From Fuerstiella sp. (GTDB taxonomy: Bacteria > Planctomycetota > Planctomycetia > Planctomycetales > Planctomycetaceae): a stretch of 64,000 nucleotides of DNA. The translations under genes were made by a program, and so were the position numbers. How positions within the stretch are numbered: the stretch's first letter is position 1; each line of letters opens with the position of its first letter. A model generated the notes under the pieces. The model searched no databases. It had not been told where the DNA came from and saw nothing but the letters and a program-made list of their open reading frames with translations. The stretch spans positions 3,960-67,959 of the forward strand of contig JAPYTO010000003.1 of the NCBI GenBank assembly GCA_029941865.1, given 5' to 3'. Shown one piece after another: positions 38,842 to 48,419 of the stretch.

Positions 38842-40281
38842 ATGACCATTCAACCTCCGCATCGACGAGCGTTCCTGAACACCGCCTTCAGCGGTATTGG
38901 GGCGTTGGCGTTTGGTGATTTGCTGGCGAATGAATCGACCCGCACGAACCGTTCCCCGGATCCGCTGGTCGTCCGTAAGCAACATCTGCCGCGACGGGCG
39001 AAGCACTGCATCTTTCTGTTTATGCAGGGCGGAGTCAGTCAGGTCGACAGCTTCGAATACAAACCGGAACTGAACAGGATTCATGGCCAGCCGTTGCCTG
39101 CAATTCCCGACATTTCCGGTGAACTGCAGGGTCGCCTGTCGTTTCCGCACGTTGCGATCGGCAGCCCGTTTGAATTCCAACAGCACGGAGAATCCGGTCA
39201 CTGGTTTTCAAACCTGTATCCGTATCTGTCACAACATGCGGACCGGCTGGCCGTGATTCGCGGCATCAGGACGGACAATCAAAATCACGGGCCATCCACG
39301 CTGCACGTCACCACCGGCAGTCAGTTTCCCGGCAGCCCTTCGGTCGGTTCGTGGGTCAGTTACGGGCTGGGGTCGTCCAATCACAACATGCCCGGCTACA
39401 TAGTGATTCAGGATCCACGGGGAGCGCCGGTGAACGGGGCTGCTGTCTGGGCCAACGGTTATCTGCCAGCGGCTTATCAGGGCACGCTATTGCGATCGAA
39501 AGGATCGCCGATTCTGAATCTGCTGCGACCGGACGGAATTTCGATGGTTCAACAGCGCCGCGAATTCGATGCGCTGGCGTCGCTCAACCGTCGACATCTG
39601 CAGGCACGCCCCGACGACACGGAACTCACCGCCCGGCTGAATGCGTATGAGCTGGCGTTTCGCATGCAGACGGAGGCTCCGGAACTGGTTGACCTGTCGG
39701 GCGAAACGCGGGCGACGCAGCAACTGTACGGGCTGGACGATGCGGCGACGGCAGGGTTCGGCCGCCAGTGCCTGCTGGCCCGCAGACTGGTCGAAAGTGG
39801 AGTTCGTTACACGCTGCTTGTTCACGGTGTTCAGATTGGCCCGCACAGCTGGGACGATCATGGCGATGTGCAGGGTGGCATGACTCGCCATTCGCGTGAA
39901 GTCGATCAGCCCGTGGCTGCACTGCTGACGGATCTGCAGCAACGTGGTTTGCTGGAAGAGACGCTGGTCGTCTGGGCCTCCGAAATGGGACGCACACCAT
40001 TCCGCAACGGGGCCGTGGGCAAGAAGCCCGGTCGCGAACACAATTCCTGGAATCTGGTGATGTGGATGGCGGGCGGTGATGTGAAAGGGGGAGCAACAAC
40101 CGGCGAGACCGACGAATTCGGCCTGCGATCCATCGGCGAAGGAATTCACATTCGCGACGTACACGCGACGGTTCTGGACCTCATGGGTCTGGACGATGAC
40201 CAGCTGCGTTTTCTACACGCCGGCCGTATGCGGCAACTGACGGATGTCGGTGGCGAAGTCCTGCAGGACATCATTGCCTGA
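38842..40281 (+). CDS. DUF1501 domain protein (sulfatase-fold, Tat-type signal)
   Basis: The N-terminus is MTIQPPHRRAFLNTAFSGIGALAFG. The blocks HCIFLFMQGGVSQVDSFEYKP, WASEMGRTP and NHGPSTLH are typical of DUF1501. Confidence 0.9.
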   Translation: MTIQPPHRRAFLNTAFSGIGALAFGDLLANESTRTNRSPDPLVVRKQHLPRRAKHCIFLFMQGGVSQVDSFEYKPELNRIHGQPLPAIPDISGELQGRLSFPHVAIGSPFEFQQHGESGHWFSNLYPYLSQHADRLAVIRGIRTDNQNHGPSTLHVTTGSQFPGSPSVGSWVSYGLGSSNHNMPGYIVIQDPRGAPVNGAAVWANGYLPAAYQGTLLRSKGSPILNLLRPDGISMVQQRREFDALASLNRRHLQARPDDTELTARLNAYELAFRMQTEAPELVDLSGETRATQQLYGLDDAATAGFGRQCLLARRLVESGVRYTLLVHGVQIGPHSWDDHGDVQGGMTRHSREVDQPVAALLTDLQQRGLLEETLVVWASEMGRTPFRNGAVGKKPGREHNSWNLVMWMAGGDVKGGATTGETDEFGLRSIGEGIHIRDVHATVLDLMGLDDDQLRFLHAGRMRQLTDVGGEVLQDIIA

Positions 40282-40356
40282 GTCACGCTAACTGCCGATT
40301 TTTCTGCTGGAACAAGTCTGGCGAGGTCACGAATCTGCGAAATACTCTGTCGTGGC

Positions 40357-41097
40357 TCAGGAATTCAAACCCATTTCGTTGTGCTGATTGGCGAGTGCTT
40401 CCTCATAACGCTGATAAGCCGCTTCATCCCGCTGGCAGCTCACTCCCTGGAATACCATGGCAAACGACCTGCGGTGGCGTTCCGTCGACCGGTTGGCGTC
40501 CGCCCGATGTACCGTCCAGCCATGATGGACGGTGGCGTCGCCCGGCTGTAACTGAACTGGTAGCTCCCGTGCAAAGTCGTCGGTGGCGTAGTCAGAAATC
40601 CCCTGAGAAAATCCGAGAACGGAACTGCGTTTATGCGGCCGAACACCACCAGCGTGTGAGCCCGGCAGGTATCGCAGGCAACCGTTTTCCGGATCCACAG
40701 AATCCAGGGCCACCCAGATCGTTAACACGTTGGGCGGAGTTAAGTTGAAGTAGTAGTTGTCCTGATGCGGAGGAGTCGGGTGCTCGGTCCCCGGCGGCTT
40801 ATTGAACCATTCGGGCGACTCGCAATGAGCTTCCTCTTCCAGCAATGTTTCCGCCAGCGTTTTCCATTTGACGTGTGAAGTATATTCCCCGAAGAACGCG
40901 TCATCAGTCATGTGCTGCAATTGCTTCAACGTCTCGGGCCGACTGTGATCATCAAAGAATGCAGCGCCATCTGACAAGCCAGGGACGACGTCCGCGATGT
41001 AACGGTCCAGCTCGTCGCTCAGGAGCCTTAATTCGTCAGTGTCCAGAAACTGCCGGACGACAAGGAACCCGTCGTTATTGAATTGCTGAAGAGTCAT
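40357..41097 (-). CDS. Phytanoyl-CoA dioxygenase (PhyH) family protein
   Basis: The start is MTLQQFNNDGFLVVRQFLD. The H-x-D motif is in PPHQDNYYF and the distal His is in VHHGWTVHRADAN. The longer ORF extending to 41340 looks like a non-coding extension. Confidence 0.85.
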   Translation of the reverse strand: MTLQQFNNDGFLVVRQFLDTDELRLLSDELDRYIADVVPGLSDGAAFFDDHSRPETLKQLQHMTDDAFFGEYTSHVKWKTLAETLLEEEAHCESPEWFNKPPGTEHPTPPHQDNYYFNLTPPNVLTIWVALDSVDPENGCLRYLPGSHAGGVRPHKRSSVLGFSQGISDYATDDFARELPVQLQPGDATVHHGWTVHRADANRSTERHRRSFAMVFQGVSCQRDEAAYQRYEEALANQHNEMGLNS

Positions 41098-41290
41098 TGG
41101 ATAATTTCGTCGAACAGCGGCGGGGAAATTCGTGTGTTGTTCTCTCGTGTGCAGACCAGCCCCTGCCTTCCACCGGTACAGATCTGGCCAAAGTCCAAGG
41201 CCGCAAGTCCGGGCCGACTGGTCTCGACTGACACCGCGGCGGAATATCTTCGTGCAATCCGGTTCGCCCCGGACACGCCGACATCGCCCG

Positions 41291-41617
41291 CTAATTTTTG
41301 AATTCGACCAGCACCTCCCGAAACGTTCCCGAGCCGACATTATTCACACTGTGAGTTGCCGGCACGGCGGGATATCCGGTCGATACGATCTGATCACCAT
41401 CGATTTGGAAGGCAACGGCTGCACCGGCTTCGAGCTCGACATTGTACAGCAGTTCAGTGTTCGGGCCAAAGACTTCCAGAGTTGATCCGCAGATGACGCG
41501 AACAACATAGTCCAGTTTGTGCGTATGCTGTTCGCCATGCTGGCCTGGCGCAAGATCGAGGTGCCAGACAATCACCCGATCGTCTTCAAAAACCTTTTGT
41601 GTTCCCACTCCACACAT
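41291..41617 (-). CDS. Cupin domain protein
   Basis: It is a small beta-barrel with GQHGEQHTHKLDYVV and ATHSVNNVG. gaggtga lies 5 nt upstream of the ATG at 41617; the alternative ATG is at 41656. Confidence 0.75.
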   Translation of the reverse strand: MCGVGTQKVFEDDRVIVWHLDLAPGQHGEQHTHKLDYVVRVICGSTLEVFGPNTELLYNVELEAGAAVAFQIDGDQIVSTGYPAVPATHSVNNVGSGTFREVLVEFKN

Positions 41618-41718
41618 AAGAATCACCTCGCTTACAGTTGCTGCCAATCGGGCCATTCCAGAAGGATTTGTTCCTGTTCAACAGTCGGTCAGATGACGCC
41701 TGGCTTTGCACATAGACC

Positions 41719-43179
41719 TCAGGTTCCGCAGAATGTTGCGTGCACGACTTTGTCGGGTGCCGGTGCGGCTTCGTAGTCAGAGAACTCCGGCTGTTCGGAA
41801 AACGGGTTTTGCAGGACCTGATTGAGGCGGTGAAACAATTCAAAGTCGCCCTCGTTGCCGGCCTTGATCGCTTCCTCGATGCGATGGTTACGCGGAATGA
41901 ACACTGGGTTCGTGCGGCGCATCAAGGCACGGGTTTGGCTGTGGTCGACATCGTGCAGCCGCGTGCGCCAGGTGTTCAGCCAGGCGACGATCGCTTCGGG
42001 TTGGTTGAAAAGGCGACTGACGGCGTCGTCATTGCCGGTTTCGAGCGCATCGGAAAGATGGCGAAACACCAGCGTGAAGTCGGCCTCGCCTTCTGCCATT
42101 GCCGCCAGCAATGATTCCATCATGTCCCAGTCGTCGAGGTTGCCGCCTTTCAACCCGATTTTCGCAGTGAAACGTGACTGCAACGCACTGCGGTGGAGGC
42201 CGGAGAAAGCGTCGAGGGCGGCTTCGGCCACGGCAATGGACTTTTTTTCATCGGTGTTCAGCAGGGGCAGCAGAGTTTCTGCGAAACGGATCAGGTCCCA
42301 GTGACCGATCGGGCCCTGATTGCCGAACGCGTAACGTCCCTGATGATCGATCGAACTGAATCTTTTTACCGGATCGTACTGGTCGAGAAAGGCACAAGGA
42401 CCGTAGTCGATGGTCTCGCCCGAGACGGTCATGTTGTCGGTATTCATGACACCGTGGATGAACCCTAACTGCATCCAATGGGCGATGAGTTCGGCCTGCC
42501 GCTGAATGACTCCATCCAGCAGGGCGCGGTAAGGATTTTCTTCCTGTTGTGCAGCGGGATAGTGGCGGGCAATAACATAATCGGCCAGCACCCGCAGATT
42601 GTCGTCATCCTTCCGGGCAGCGAACCACTGAAAGGTGCCGACGCGAATATGTGACTGTGCAACGCGAGTGAAAACTCCACCGGGCACCATGCCTTCGCGG
42701 ACCACGTGGTCGCCGCTGGCGACTGCGGCCAGCGCACGAGTGGTTGGCACACCGACAGCAGCCATGGCTTCTGAGACAATGTATTCACGCAGGACCGGGC
42801 CCAGTGCGGACCGTCCGTCGCCTCGGCGTGAGAATGGTGTCGGGCCGGAACCCTTCAGTTGGATGTCGCGGCGGATGCCGTCATTGCCAACGACCTCACC
42901 CAGCAGAATGGCGCGACCGTCACCCAGTTGTGGCGAAAAGCCACCGAACTGGTGCCCTGAGTAGGCCATGGCCAGAGGGGCGGATCCATCCGGACACTGG
43001 TTGCCGGAAAGAATGGCCAGACCTTCCGGCGAATCAAGCCTGGCGACGTCGATCCCGAGTTCGTCTGCCAGGCGGTGGTTCAGCCGGATCAGCACAGGTG
43101 CGCTGACCGGAGTGGGTGCGACCCGTTTGAAGAAAGCGTCCGGCAGACCGGCGTAGGTGTTATCGAAGGAAAAGGGCAT
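41719..43179 (-). CDS. selO: Protein adenylyltransferase SelO (YdiU/UPF0061)
   Basis: The blocks are MPFSFDNTYAGLPDAFF, YSGHQFGGFSPQLGDGRAILLGE, LKGSGPTPFSRRGDGR and HGVMNTDNMTVSGETIDYGPCAF. The ~486-aa length fits. Confidence 0.92.
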   Translation of the reverse strand: MPFSFDNTYAGLPDAFFKRVAPTPVSAPVLIRLNHRLADELGIDVARLDSPEGLAILSGNQCPDGSAPLAMAYSGHQFGGFSPQLGDGRAILLGEVVGNDGIRRDIQLKGSGPTPFSRRGDGRSALGPVLREYIVSEAMAAVGVPTTRALAAVASGDHVVREGMVPGGVFTRVAQSHIRVGTFQWFAARKDDDNLRVLADYVIARHYPAAQQEENPYRALLDGVIQRQAELIAHWMQLGFIHGVMNTDNMTVSGETIDYGPCAFLDQYDPVKRFSSIDHQGRYAFGNQGPIGHWDLIRFAETLLPLLNTDEKKSIAVAEAALDAFSGLHRSALQSRFTAKIGLKGGNLDDWDMMESLLAAMAEGEADFTLVFRHLSDALETGNDDAVSRLFNQPEAIVAWLNTWRTRLHDVDHSQTRALMRRTNPVFIPRNHRIEEAIKAGNEGDFELFHRLNQVLQNPFSEQPEFSDYEAAPAPDKVVHATFCGT

Positions 43180-43684
43180 GGATGGGAGATGTCAGATAGT
43201 GTCAATCAAGAGATGTGATTTAACACGGTTGAACCGGCGAAGCAACAGAGTACGCTCCATTACCCTCAGCGACTCAGAGTTTGAGTACACCGGGTTTGGC
43301 TAAGAGTACGTCGCGTTGCCGGACGTTGGCTCAGAGTTCAGCGGCAGTGCGATGTTTGTTATAAGTTCCGGAATACCTGATGACTGCGGGTCGAACGATG
43401 TACATCAACGGGTGTAGTCATGAATGGTTTTTGAAGTCGGCAGTTACGTAGCCTGGGGCAATGGTCCCGAGGTGAATCAAATTACTGGATGGGATGATGA
43501 TCCCATCCTACGGTCGCAAACCATAATCGAAGACTGCAAACCACATCAACAGCGGTGCACGGCTGTCTCGGATGCGACTGTGATCGTTTCGTTTCACTGC
43601 GTTCTCAACCTACAACAGCCGGTTCTCGTGCAACGTCGTTTCAGCTACCCTGACGTCAGAACCGTACTCTTTAAGGAAAAACCT

Positions 43685-44653
43685 GTGTCTGAATCTTTTC
43701 GTCGTGCTCTTCCGGCAGTCTGTCTGTTGGCCAGCGTTCTCGTAAACCACGCAATCGCCTTCGCTGAGGAAACTGAAACTGCGGAAGAGAGTTTCTCTGT
43801 GGTGTTGCTGCCGGACACGCAAAACTATTCAGAAAAGTATGCAGACACCTACGTCGCCCAGACACTGTGGATTCGACAACAGGCGAAGACTGACAACATC
43901 AAATTCGTCGTTCATCTGGGCGACATCGTGCAGACATCCACCAAACAGCCCGAATGGGAAAACGCCGACCGAGCCATGCGACTGCTGGACGGTGTCGTGC
44001 CCTACAGTATGGCGCCTGGCAATCATGACATGGTCGTGAAGACCCGTGACTCAACTCTGTACAACCAGTATTACTCGCCCGAACGATTTGCGGACCGACC
44101 GTGGTACGGTGGACACATGGGCGACACCAACGACAATAATTTCTGCTTCTTTGAGGCCAGTGGCATGAAGTTCATGATCCTGAACCTTGAGTTTGCTCCT
44201 CGCGATGAAACGCTGGAATGGGCGGCGGACGTGACGCAGCGGTACCCCGATCATCGCGTGATCGTCGCGACGCATTGCTACATGCGTCCCAACCAACGCG
44301 ACACGGGTTGTGCCACATCATACAAGATTGCCGGCAACAGCGGCGAACAGATCTGGCAAAAGTTAATTCGCCGACAGCCGAATATCTTTCTGGTCGTCAG
44401 TGGTCATGTACTGGGAGTCGGTCTGCAGACAAGCACCAACGATGCTGGCGGCAAGGTTCTGGAAATGCTCACTGATTATCAAGGCCTCCCGAACGGTGGC
44501 GACGGCTGGCTACGTTCGCTGAAGTTTGTGCCCGGTGAAAACAAAATCCACGTGAGGACATATTCGCCGCTGTTGAGCAAAGACAACAAGGACGCAAAGG
44601 AGACATTCTCGCTGGACTACGAAATGACCACTGTCAAAACGAATGCCGATTGA
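43685..44653 (+). CDS. Calcineurin-like metallophosphoesterase (secreted)
   Basis: The GTG at 43685 is preceded by aaggaaaaa and gives the signal-like start VSESFRRALPAVCLLASVLV. The motifs are LLPDTQ, HLGDIVQ, GNHD and VSGH. The ORF track starts at 43424, but that N-terminus looks non-coding. Confidence 0.8.
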   Translation: MSESFRRALPAVCLLASVLVNHAIAFAEETETAEESFSVVLLPDTQNYSEKYADTYVAQTLWIRQQAKTDNIKFVVHLGDIVQTSTKQPEWENADRAMRLLDGVVPYSMAPGNHDMVVKTRDSTLYNQYYSPERFADRPWYGGHMGDTNDNNFCFFEASGMKFMILNLEFAPRDETLEWAADVTQRYPDHRVIVATHCYMRPNQRDTGCATSYKIAGNSGEQIWQKLIRRQPNIFLVVSGHVLGVGLQTSTNDAGGKVLEMLTDYQGLPNGGDGWLRSLKFVPGENKIHVRTYSPLLSKDNKDAKETFSLDYEMTTVKTNAD

Positions 44654-44694
44654 CAGGTAGGGCAGCTGAAGGGACCGCAATACAAGCTCGAAAC

Positions 44695-44776
44695 GCAAGC
44701 GAGTGGAACCTTTGGGTTTGCGACATCCACTTGCTTGCGCACTCACTCATCCACTTGCTCATCCACTTGCTTGCGC
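44695..44776. promoter_or_regulatory. Cluster of repeated 12-17-mers (candidate operator or iteron array) upstream of gene 44901
   Basis: Direct copies of catccacttgct lie at 44724, 44748 and 44760, and two of them extend to catccacttgcttgcgc. A near-inverted copy, gcaagcgagtgga, lies at 44695..44707. Confidence 0.45.
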
Positions 44777-44900
44777 TTATCTGGAACGGTAGAGCGCTAC
44801 GAGTGCTCACCAGCGGAACGTGTGGTTTACTGTCGAGAACAATCAAATCTCAATCCAAAAGATGACGCTGCCGCGGCAACGATAGAACGGAACGTGAATT

Positions 44901-47516
44901 ATGAAATCGCCCTTTGCGGCTGCTGTGCTGCTGATCGCCATGATGTCGAATTTTACCTGCCACGCGGCTGACGGGTTGCCGTTCGGTAACGTGAAGTGCG
45001 AAGGGGACTATCAGCATCATCTGCAGGGAGTTTGTACGAACGAAGTTGACGCCATCTACTGGTCATTCACGACCGAATTGGTGAAAACGGATCATTTTGG
45101 CCGCGTGTTGACGAAGATTCCTGTGGCGAATCACCATGGCGACCTGTGTTTCACCCGCGGCAAGATCTTTGTCGCTGTGAACCATGGTCGCTTCAATGAA
45201 CCGGACGGCAACGCGGACTCGTGGGTGTATGTTTACAGCCAGGAAAGTCTTGAGTTTCTGTCTAAGCATCCGACGCCGGAAGTGTTTCACGGTGCTGGCG
45301 GCATCGGCGTCATGGGTGATCATTTCTACGTGGTGGGCGGACTGCCGGACGGCGTGACCGAGAACTACGTCTATGAATATGACGCTGACTTCAGCTTCCT
45401 GGGCAAACACGTCATCAACAGCGGTTGGACGCAGTTAGGAATTCAGACGGCCGCTTTTCACGACGGTGTCTGGTGGTTCGGCTGTTATGGGTCGCCGAAG
45501 ATCCTTTTGAAGGCGGACTCGCAATTCCGCATGCTGGGCCGATACGAATTCGACTGTTCGCTGGGGATTGTCGGAGTCGCTCGGGATCGCCTGCTGGTTG
45601 CCAAAGGCCCTCGCACGAAAGATCAACGGTGTCTGGGGTCGCTGCATCTGACGCATCCGGACGCCGAACAGGGTTTGAGGCTGGTCCCGGACACAGTGCC
45701 GGCACTGAACAAGGAACGCCTGAAACGATCGGGGTCCTGGCACGAGAGCCGATTTCGATTTGCAAAACATGCAGCGTTGCAGACAGCGGAAAACAACGCG
45801 TCGATTGAGTTCGTCTGCCAGGGAACTGGCCTGTCACTACGACTCGGCGGTCACAACGTCCCGGCCTATGGACCGCCGAACCTGGGACTACTGGCGGTCA
45901 CGATCGACGGCGCAGACGAGCGGATTCTGGTGCCTCGTGCGTTGCCGCGTGAGATCGTGTTGGCGGACGGACTGCCAGCCGGGTCACACACCGTGCGGAT
46001 TGAGCATCGCAGCGACGGCGCCCTGTCGGGATGCCGCATCGAGTCCATCCGCACATGGAGCGATGCTCTCGGAGAACTACAGTTTCATGTGAGCGCCGAA
46101 AAGGACCCGCATCTCGTCGATTGCCGGGCGATCCTGCGGCAAGGTGATACGATCGTCCGAAACACATTGGTCAGAAACTGGTTGACTGGCCAGTGTTCTC
46201 TCACCGGGCTCCCACCAGGTGATGACTACTGGCTGGAGATTCGGGCGATTGGTTGGCAAACAGCGCACGTGAAAAACATCCGTGTCGACGCCGACGGTTC
46301 TACAAGGCTGACTCCGATTTACCTCAGCCGGGATGCTGCGACCGTCACAAGTCGGTTTCGATTCCCTCGGCTGAATCAGCCGGCGATTCGCGCACCGGGC
46401 CAATCGTTTCGCGCCCGTTTCCTGGGTTTTGGCACGACAATCGAGCAGGTGAGGCTGACACGGGCAGTTGGGCCGGCGGTGATTTCGCGGGTTGTTTCGT
46501 TTGAAGAAGACAAATCCGCGGCTTACTACTACGACCGGGAAGTGGTCATTTCGCTTCCGGACGACATGCCTCCCGGCGCTTATGATCTCAGCGTGAAAGT
46601 GACCGGAGGTGGACGCACGGGCCTGTGCCAATCGCCTCGCAGTGTGCACGTCGTGAAAGAGTTTCCTCAGGACCCTGTGTTCATCACGTTCGGTCATCTG
46701 GATACGTCCGGTCAGTACCAGGCCGAATATCTTGAACGTTTGGTGTCCGCCATCAACCTGCTGGCTCCTGACATGGTGCTGTGCAGCAATGCGTGTAACC
46801 CGGCCTATGTCTCGGGAGCTCTGGCGGGGCTGGACATGCCATACATCATCAACTTTGGCAACCATCAGTTTTCCGGGCACGAATCGTGGTACGGAGATCC
46901 GGTCGGATTAACCGACTGCGGGCCGCATGTCAGCGTCCTTAACTTCGGCTACCCGTGGCACACCGACAAGTCGAAAGCTGAAGCATTGCTTGCATCTCGT
47001 CCAGACACCGCCGTGCGAGTGATCAATGCATTCGAGGCAAACGCTCCCATTGACCTGCTGGACAAATATCAGGTCCGGATGATTCATGACGCGCATGGAA
47101 TTGGGAAAAAGGTGATGGACGTCGGCATCACCCCGACACGCCGCATCGGCAAGACGAACTCAGCCAGCTTTCGCGTCGTTCGATTTCGTGACAATCAGGT
47201 CGAATCATGTACCTACAACGGTCACGAGACATCACCGACCCCTTTCCCACGCGAGGATGTGTCTCCATTGAGTGTTTCTTATGAACACCCAAATGACGGG
47301 ACGGAACCCAGCAACACGGCGACCATTACGAACCAGCTGTTGGAGCCGTTCCCGAACGGCCGAGTGAGATTCGTGGTCCCTTCCGGTAGTTACGCCGTTG
47401 CGGGTGGCCACCTTGAGTCGCAAATCCTCAGCGACGATGATCGCTTTCACGTTTTGACAGTTCGCGTGGACATTCCGGCGAACGGTTCTGCCACGACCAC
47501 CGTGTCCCCCCGTTGA
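44901..47516 (+). CDS. Large secreted hypothetical protein with degenerate metallophosphoesterase-like C-terminal half
   Basis: The signal peptide is MKSPFAAAVLLIAMMSNFTCHA. It is an uninterrupted 871-aa ORF. FGNHQFSGHE resembles the GNHD/E motif, but the upstream motifs are non-canonical. Confidence 0.7.
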   Translation: MKSPFAAAVLLIAMMSNFTCHAADGLPFGNVKCEGDYQHHLQGVCTNEVDAIYWSFTTELVKTDHFGRVLTKIPVANHHGDLCFTRGKIFVAVNHGRFNEPDGNADSWVYVYSQESLEFLSKHPTPEVFHGAGGIGVMGDHFYVVGGLPDGVTENYVYEYDADFSFLGKHVINSGWTQLGIQTAAFHDGVWWFGCYGSPKILLKADSQFRMLGRYEFDCSLGIVGVARDRLLVAKGPRTKDQRCLGSLHLTHPDAEQGLRLVPDTVPALNKERLKRSGSWHESRFRFAKHAALQTAENNASIEFVCQGTGLSLRLGGHNVPAYGPPNLGLLAVTIDGADERILVPRALPREIVLADGLPAGSHTVRIEHRSDGALSGCRIESIRTWSDALGELQFHVSAEKDPHLVDCRAILRQGDTIVRNTLVRNWLTGQCSLTGLPPGDDYWLEIRAIGWQTAHVKNIRVDADGSTRLTPIYLSRDAATVTSRFRFPRLNQPAIRAPGQSFRARFLGFGTTIEQVRLTRAVGPAVISRVVSFEEDKSAAYYYDREVVISLPDDMPPGAYDLSVKVTGGGRTGLCQSPRSVHVVKEFPQDPVFITFGHLDTSGQYQAEYLERLVSAINLLAPDMVLCSNACNPAYVSGALAGLDMPYIINFGNHQFSGHESWYGDPVGLTDCGPHVSVLNFGYPWHTDKSKAEALLASRPDTAVRVINAFEANAPIDLLDKYQVRMIHDAHGIGKKVMDVGITPTRRIGKTNSASFRVVRFRDNQVESCTYNGHETSPTPFPREDVSPLSVSYEHPNDGTEPSNTATITNQLLEPFPNGRVRFVVPSGSYAVAGGHLESQILSDDDRFHVLTVRVDIPANGSATTTVSPR

Positions 47517-47623
47517 TTCGCATAACACAGGACTGTGCGCAGATGAGAGGGGATCCAGGAATTGCTGCGCGTTGTTAGTGTTGTGTTTTCATTCCTGCCA
47601 GTTGGAAAAGCGAGCTCCGAACC

Positions 47624-48187
47624 ATGACACGTGAAGACAACCTGAAACTGTTGCACGAATACACAACGTCTGAAAGCCTGATTCGGCATATGCTGGCCGT
47701 TGAAGTTGCGGTCAGAGCTTATGCGCAGAAATCCGGCGAAGATGAAGAAAAGTGGGCCACCGTCGGGCTGCTTCACGACTTCGACTACGAACGATGGCCG
47801 AATCCTCCGGATCACCCGCTCAAGGGGTCGGAGATTCTGCGTGAGCGGGGATATCCGGAAGACGTGATCTACGCCATCAAGTCGCACGCCGACTACCTGC
47901 CGGATTGCCCACGTGTGTCCCGTCTGGACAAGACACTCTATGCGTGCGACGAACTGTGTGGATTCATCACTGCGTGTGCTCTGATTCGGCCGTCACGACT
48001 GGATGGCATGAAAGCAAAGAGTGTCCGAAAGAAAATGAAGCAGGCCTCATTTGCGGCAGCGGTAAATCGCCAGGACATTGTCGACGGAGCCGCTGACCTG
48101 GGCGTGGAGCTAAACGAACACATCGACTTTTGTATCGCAGCGATGCAGACCATCGCTGACGAACTGGATCTCGTTGCGGAGTCATGA
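47624..48187 (+). CDS. HD-domain (HDIG-type) metal-dependent phosphohydrolase
   Basis: The evidence is LIRHMLAVEVAVRAYA, LLHDFDY (the HD motif) and SHADY. The length is ~187 aa. Confidence 0.8.
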   Translation: MTREDNLKLLHEYTTSESLIRHMLAVEVAVRAYAQKSGEDEEKWATVGLLHDFDYERWPNPPDHPLKGSEILRERGYPEDVIYAIKSHADYLPDCPRVSRLDKTLYACDELCGFITACALIRPSRLDGMKAKSVRKKMKQASFAAAVNRQDIVDGAADLGVELNEHIDFCIAAMQTIADELDLVAES

Positions 48188-48419
48188 CCTGTCGCAAAAG
48201 CAGGCTGATGCCGGGACGGCTCAAAATAACGTCTGGAACCGGCGACACAATTCGTCAATGACGTGGTCAAGAGTGCTGAATGACGCTCACCGCAGCTAAA
48301 GCAGTTTTCAAACAGCTGTGGTCGTGGGGCTCGTGGCAAAGCGACCCTCGCAAAGGGAAAAACGTTCGCCGCGGCCACAAGTCAGCGTAAGACGCTGTGC
48401 GACTTCGCACTTCGTCGCA

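Noticed and set aside
43424-43684. The ORF track starts the metallophosphoesterase at 43424, which adds 87 N-terminal residues.
   Set aside because: The added residues precede the obvious signal peptide and have no features. A GTG at 43685 with an upstream aaggaaaaa gives a normal secreted precursor.
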